This document shows, one piece after another, positions 58,696-64,000 of a stretch of 64,000 bases of DNA. Below the pieces are notes generated by a model. That model saw only the letters and a list, made by a program, of their open reading frames with translations. It had not been told where the DNA came from and did not search any database. Made by a program: the position numbers and the translations under genes. The stretch spans positions 558,001-622,000 of the forward strand of contig NW_025767358.1 in the NCBI RefSeq assembly GCF_003918875.1. The letters run 5' to 3'. The stretch's first letter is position 1, and the number at the start of each line of letters is the position of its first letter. Origin of the DNA: Haliotis rubra (Eukaryota).

Positions 58696-60256
58696 AATAC
58701 ATCCACACTCATTTGCGTTTCATAACTGAACACCCGATAAATATGCTGGAAATGAAAATTTCATTTGCAATATATTTTGCATCCCTTCAGGTTTGGCATG
58801 GCCGGGCTGGATAGATAAGTCTCAGCATAAAGATGTATTCCCAAACAATGTTGACGCTGCATCCGAGTTTGTGTCACTGATGGTTCAGGCTTGTAAGGAC
58901 TACACAGCAGGACGCCTTCCTTACATATTTGAAGTAATCAATGAACCTGACTGGGATGAAAAGTATATTGATCCACCAACGAATATAAATTACCATTAGG
59001 GCTGTCGCCGACAAACTGAAATCAAGATTTGGAATGAAAGTTGCCGGACCATCCTATACGAGTGAAGCCTTTACGACTAGCAGATGAAAATAACTTTAGC
59101 TTGTGGAAGAGAACTGCTAACTTTATGGACATGTCTCTTGATCACTTGGACTTTTTTCTTTTCATTCCTACAACCATATGTTCAATACGTCTAGTAAATC
59201 CTACTATGGCATCAATGAAGATCGTCTGTTTGCTTCCCTTGACATGGTAGAGAATTACTCTCATATCAAGAAAGGAAAAAGTGTTCAATTAGTCAACACT
59301 GAATTTGGAGTAGGCTTACTTTCCCTGGGTGTGGCGAACGATTTTGAAAATCCACTGATAGACTTTGAGACAATTTATCAGGCGAACGGTTTCATGTTTT
59401 CTTTCCTAAACCTGAGAGAGTTCATGGACAGAGCTACAATATATCTCCTCGCAAATGAGCAATACCCAGGTCATACTTCTCTTCGGAATTCCTTATTTAC
59501 AACTGACGGTCATAGCCTTGAGCCAACCAAATTCTTCCTGTTCTGGAAAAACTTTATTGATGATCAAAAGTTTCTCCGGGTTTCTAGTCAACACGATGGA
59601 CAGGAGAAAATAGTGTCACCACTTGCTCTTGCAAACCCCCACAACAAAGAGATAGTAGTTCTTCTCCACAACTTTGGCAACAAATTTGAGAACGTAAAAC
59701 TGGACTTTCCAAACAACTGGCTTAACCCTTCTACAGGTGAACAGACATGTATTCTGTTCGAAAAGGGTAAGCCAGCTGTTCATCCCAATACCCATTTCGA
59801 CATATCTAAGCTTAATGGCACCGTCGGTCTGCCTGGATCATCAACATGCTTCTACAAATTTCAAACCAACTACATCTTTAACAGATTACAAACAGATAAT
59901 CAAAACACATACTATGGCAAGGAAATGCTCGTCCCCATTAGCAATGGACGTGCGAAGACAACCATCAGTGTACCGAGCTCTGGCTACCATGAGGCTCATC
60001 TTAGAGTTGGAATTAGCCGTGGCATGAGAGACAATACAAAACCTAAGGCAGTTGTGTTCAATGGTCGCACTTTGTCTCCAAGCTACATGCTGTTTGATTC
60101 CATGAAGAATGCAAAAAGGAGGACTACAACATGGAACGTATGGGAGTTCTTGGTACCTGAAACACTGATAAAAACAACCAACACCGTCAGCATGACCTTT
60201 GATGGGGACGGTGGCAACGTGACATCCGTTGCACTTGTTGCAGGAAAACTGCAGTG

Positions 60257-60262
60257 AATAAA
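60257..60262 (+). terminator. Polyadenylation signal overlapping stop, copy 5
   Basis: TGAATAAA. Confidence 0.6.
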
Positions 60263-60363
60263 TTCTCCAGAAAAATACTTCGTTTGTGTTGATTCATTTC
60301 CCACATGATAAGTAACAAATTGGTGACAAGGTAGTAGAGGATACAGACCCTGACTTGTTTGAT

Positions 60364-62960
60364 ATTTTTTTTCGATCTTTTGAAGCTACATTTTCCCATC
60401 CATTCTGAACATTCATAAGTTCATCTGACTTGTTGNNNNNNNNNNNNNNNNNNNNNNNNNNNNNNNNNNNNNNNNNNNNNNNNNNNNNNNNNNNNNNNNN
60501 NNNNNNNNNNNNNNNNNNNNNNNNNNNNNNNNNNNNNNNNNNNNNNNNNNNNNNNNNNNNNNNNNNNNNNNNNNNNNNNNNNNNNNNNNNNNNNNNNNNN
60601 NNNNNNNNNNNNNNNNNNNNNNNNNNNNNNNNNNNNNNNNNNNNNNNNNNNNNNNNNTTTTCAGGAATTAGTGTAGAGGATTTCTAAACAGTAAATTGAA
60701 AGAAGACCAGAAAGCATGAAAGCTTGCAAAGTTACAATTTGAATATGCAATAAACCTTGAGGATTGGTAATATCTTACTGTTTTTTGAAAGGTTATAAAG
60801 CTTGGTTTAGTCATTTTTCTATTAAATGTATAAAGGAGAGGTTTTGTTATCATGATAACAACATTCAACGGATTATTATGTTTACCCTTTAAACAATATA
60901 TGATCTTCACTAAAGGTGATTCTGCCCTCTGTATAATTTCCAATCCATTCTAGTAGCTTTTCCCATATATCAACAGAATATAAACATTTACATAAGATAT
61001 GTGAAATTGTTTCATTTGGTTCGTTACATAAGGTACAAGCTGCAAATGGTACATAACCAATCTTAAATAAATAACTATTTGTACTCAGCATATTGTGTAG
61101 AACCTTCAACTTAAACCATCTTAATTCACTTACTGGGTACATCTTTTACCATCATATTATAGTTTATCCATTCTGTATCAGTCAATGTTTTCCTAAGGTA
61201 GCTTTCCACACTTGTGTAATACGTCTTAAGTTTTGTAAAATTAGGCTCATGCAAGATTTTATAAAGTACCTTACATCCAGATTTATTATGTATTTTGGCA
61301 ATATTGGTCCTTGAGGAATTTTCACTAAATAATTCCTATTAATATTTTGTAAATAACTCAACATAGCTTGTTTTATTGCTCGATAAGTCACGAAATTGGT
61401 TCTAATTCTATATTTTAACAAATTCATCAAATATATCAAATATATTTTACCATGTTCATTAATAAAATCATTCAGAAATGTTATACCCTTTTTATGCCAC
61501 TGTGCAATATATATGGGCTTACCATCATTTTTTTATGGAATTGTTATACCCAAACTGATTTGCTCATAATGTCTTCAATAGTTGTTTTTTAGTGTCATCA
61601 CAGTTCAGATATAAGTTCCATAATAGCAGTTTTCGTTCCAAAAGGTGTTATGAATATTTGAGCAATATTTTCATAGATATATGAACTATCAGCCAAAGTC
61701 ATGACATTTGTATTCACTGCAGTTTCAAAGAATATGATTGCCCACTTTGGTTTACTAGTAAATAATCTTTTAACCATCCTAATTTCTGATCTGCAATTAC
61801 TTTTTCTACAACAGGTACACTAATGCCACAATTAGTGTAGTACCATTACCTCCCTCTTGATCTTGTCTGGTTTGAACTTCCAGATAAATTGAAAACATTT
61901 TTTCTGAAAATTTCTATTATATGTTTTGGTGGAGTAGGTATACTGCTGAAAAGATGATTAAGCTTGGTGTTTTAGTAAATAGGCTTGCAACCCCCTTTTC
62001 AGTGTCACAAGAGGTTTTCTTTTTCAATGTAGTTGAAAAGTATTGACGCTTCTTTATGTTTAACAGTAACATTTCCCATAGTAATTGATCATTAATTGTA
62101 AACACTCTTTCATCTTCTATAGTTTTGTCTTGATATTGTTCCAGGGTATCGCTTATTATTTTTTTTTTATAATTTCCACATATTTCGTATCCTTTAACAG
62201 CCAATTATTGAACTTCCAGAAGCCTTTCCCTTTTTGTATATCTGAAAACATAATTGTGAGTGGCACTATCGAGTGATCTGAATTGATACTTGGTTCCTCT
62301 ACGGAATTGAGAACATTATGGGAAACTAAGAAATAGTCTAATCGAGCTTGCTTTAGTGGTGTTGGTTGTATTTAGGTAAACCTTCTTGTAGAAGGATGCA
62401 ATTCTCGCCATGGGTATTTGAGATCTAGGAAATTCATTGTCTCTAACAATTCCTGGCCTGATTTAGGGTTATTTATATGTCTAAAGTTGAAGGTATCATT
62501 ATCAGGATAAATCAACAATTCCAATCACCACATATAACAATATTTTCACCTGTTTATTATTCAGCTATTTCTCTAATGTGTCTTATGAATTCTGGTTTAT
62601 CGGAATTTGGCCCATATAAGTTAATCAAAGTATATATCTTATCATTGATAATCACATCCAATGCTACATAGTTGCCATCATCTTTGTCAGTTATTATTTG
62701 CATGACCTTAAATTGAAACTTATTGTTAAATAAAATTGCTGCCCCTTGCATTCTTTTAAATGAACTTATGTACCATTCACTATACCCCATTGTTGTTTTA
62801 TTAGTTGTTCCTGATCAGCTGTAAAATGAACATCTTGTAAACAATATATTTGAGCCTTTTTTTCTCAAGAATCTGAAAAAATTGTTTCCTTTTTAAAGTT
62901 ATTATTTAAGCCTCTACAATTCAGCGATAATATTTTAAATGCTCCTTTGCATCATCTGTC
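60364..62960 (-). mobile_element. Decayed L1/Tx1-clade LINE ORF2 (APE endonuclease + zf-RVT; RT core deleted)
   Basis: Minus strand SLNCRGL, CLQDVHF, LINLYGPNSD, CGDWN, ARLDYFL, SDHS (endonuclease) and CTLCNEPNETISHILCKC (C-terminal zinc finger). Confidence 0.75.
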
Positions 62961-62984
62961 ATTGCAGAAATTCATTCCTAGGTG

Positions 62985-63468
62985 ATACGGCTGTATCCTC
63001 AAAGGGGGTTGAAATAGCGTAAAATTATTGTCCTCCTGAGAGGGTACCTAAGTGCCCAAAACTTTCAAAGTACAATTTTCACGTACCAAGTTTTTAAACG
63101 TAGTATTTTGTTCTTTTTAAATTTCGGCTAAATTATCCTACAATCGCCAGCGGCTGAAGGAATGGTGTAAATCCAGCTAGGCTCCATGCAGGTAGCAAAA
63201 GTAATGTAAGTCCCCATGGTTCCTAGTATGGTGATCTACCTTCAGTTATTGGCGATCTATAGCCTGTTTTTATATTATATTGTCCAAATAGTGCTATTAG
63301 TTTTAACTTTCACGCTAGTTTTAATTCTAATTGTGATATTCTAGTTGTTTTACTGTCCTTCGCCGACAGGTTTTATAATATACATATATTCCATTTCAAT
63401 ATCATATATGTTCTCGTCACGATATGGTTGAAATATTGCCGATGTGATGTAAAAATCTCAACTCACTC
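62985..63468 (+). mobile_element. Nimb-LINE 3' UTR fragment
   Basis: Reverse complement of 25618-26100; ACTCACTC tail. Confidence 0.78.
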
Positions 63469-63864
63469 TTCAGGTGGTATATTGTAAATGTAATGTCTGA
63501 TAGCACACTGATTTTGTCTAATGGAAAATGTAGTTTTTATCAAGTAAGAACAAGCAAAACTAAACGAAATATAAAACATAAATGCTTCCGTTTGTTCCAA
63601 ACCGAAACCGCTCTCATTAACAGACAAATTTACATTGAACACACATGGGCATATGTCCCAATGTCCAGTACATACCGAGACACCACCTTGCTCAAACATT
63701 GTCAAATCAGATTTTGCCATAATGTTTACTTGATGTCTCATGACAAAATGGTCAGTCAAACAAAATCTTACTTGCATATTTACAATCCATAAGTAGCGAT
63801 TTGTTGCCTCAAGCGTCACTCACAGTGACTTGATTGATGTGTCATCGTATTGTCGTACCGTATT

Positions 63865-63925
63865 GTGGCAATGTGACATTTGTTGCACTCGTTGCAGGAA
63901 AACGTCAGCAAGAATAAATTCTCCA
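63865..63925 (+). pseudogene. Short duplicated remnant of the gene 3' end (GNVTFVALVAGKRQ + AATAAA)
   Basis: Direct similarity to the last ~14 codons and polyA signal of the array genes. A more eroded equivalent follows copy 3 at ~36395-36430. Confidence 0.6.
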
Positions 63926-64000
63926 GACGAATACTCTGCTTTGATTCATATGACGAATGGTATGAATCGGAAAAGGCGACAAGTTGCCAAATATTACAGA

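Larger units (their letters stand above)
56460..60257 (+). pseudogene. GH86-like porphyranase copy 5, three 1-nt indels in exon 3 (pseudogene or consensus errors)
   Basis: Exons 56460-56690, 57995-58139, 58791-60257. Relative to paralogs: +T at ~58997 (creates TAG), +T at ~59071, -1 at ~59152-59162. The corrected frame would be 613 aa. Confidence 0.75.

Overview
This is AT-rich, repeat-dense eukaryotic (animal) genomic DNA with three N-gaps (17506-17641, 46641-46828, 60436-60657). The repeat content and gene content suggest a seaweed-grazing marine mollusc such as abalone (Haliotis); that is an inference. The main content is a head-to-tail (+ strand) tandem array of five paralogous three-exon genes. 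Each encodes a secreted ~612-614 aa clan GH-A glycoside hydrolase resembling bacterial GH86 beta-porphyranase/agarase (NEP acid/base, TE[F/Y]G nucleophile, C-terminal beta-sandwich). Copies 1-3 are intact, copy 4 has one nonsense codon, and copy 5 has three clustered 1-nt indels. All copies have GT-AG introns in identical positions, so these are genuine host genes, possibly acquired horizontally from marine bacteria and then amplified. The rest of the window is mobile DNA: a decayed Academ (XPG-containing) transposon, I/Nimb-clade LINEs with dependent non-autonomous elements, tRNA-SINEs, V-SINEs, L1/Tx1, L2 and RTE-X-like fragments, Tc1 elements, a TTAA-flanked piggyBac-like element, MITEs and Penelope-type repeats with hammerhead ribozyme motifs.
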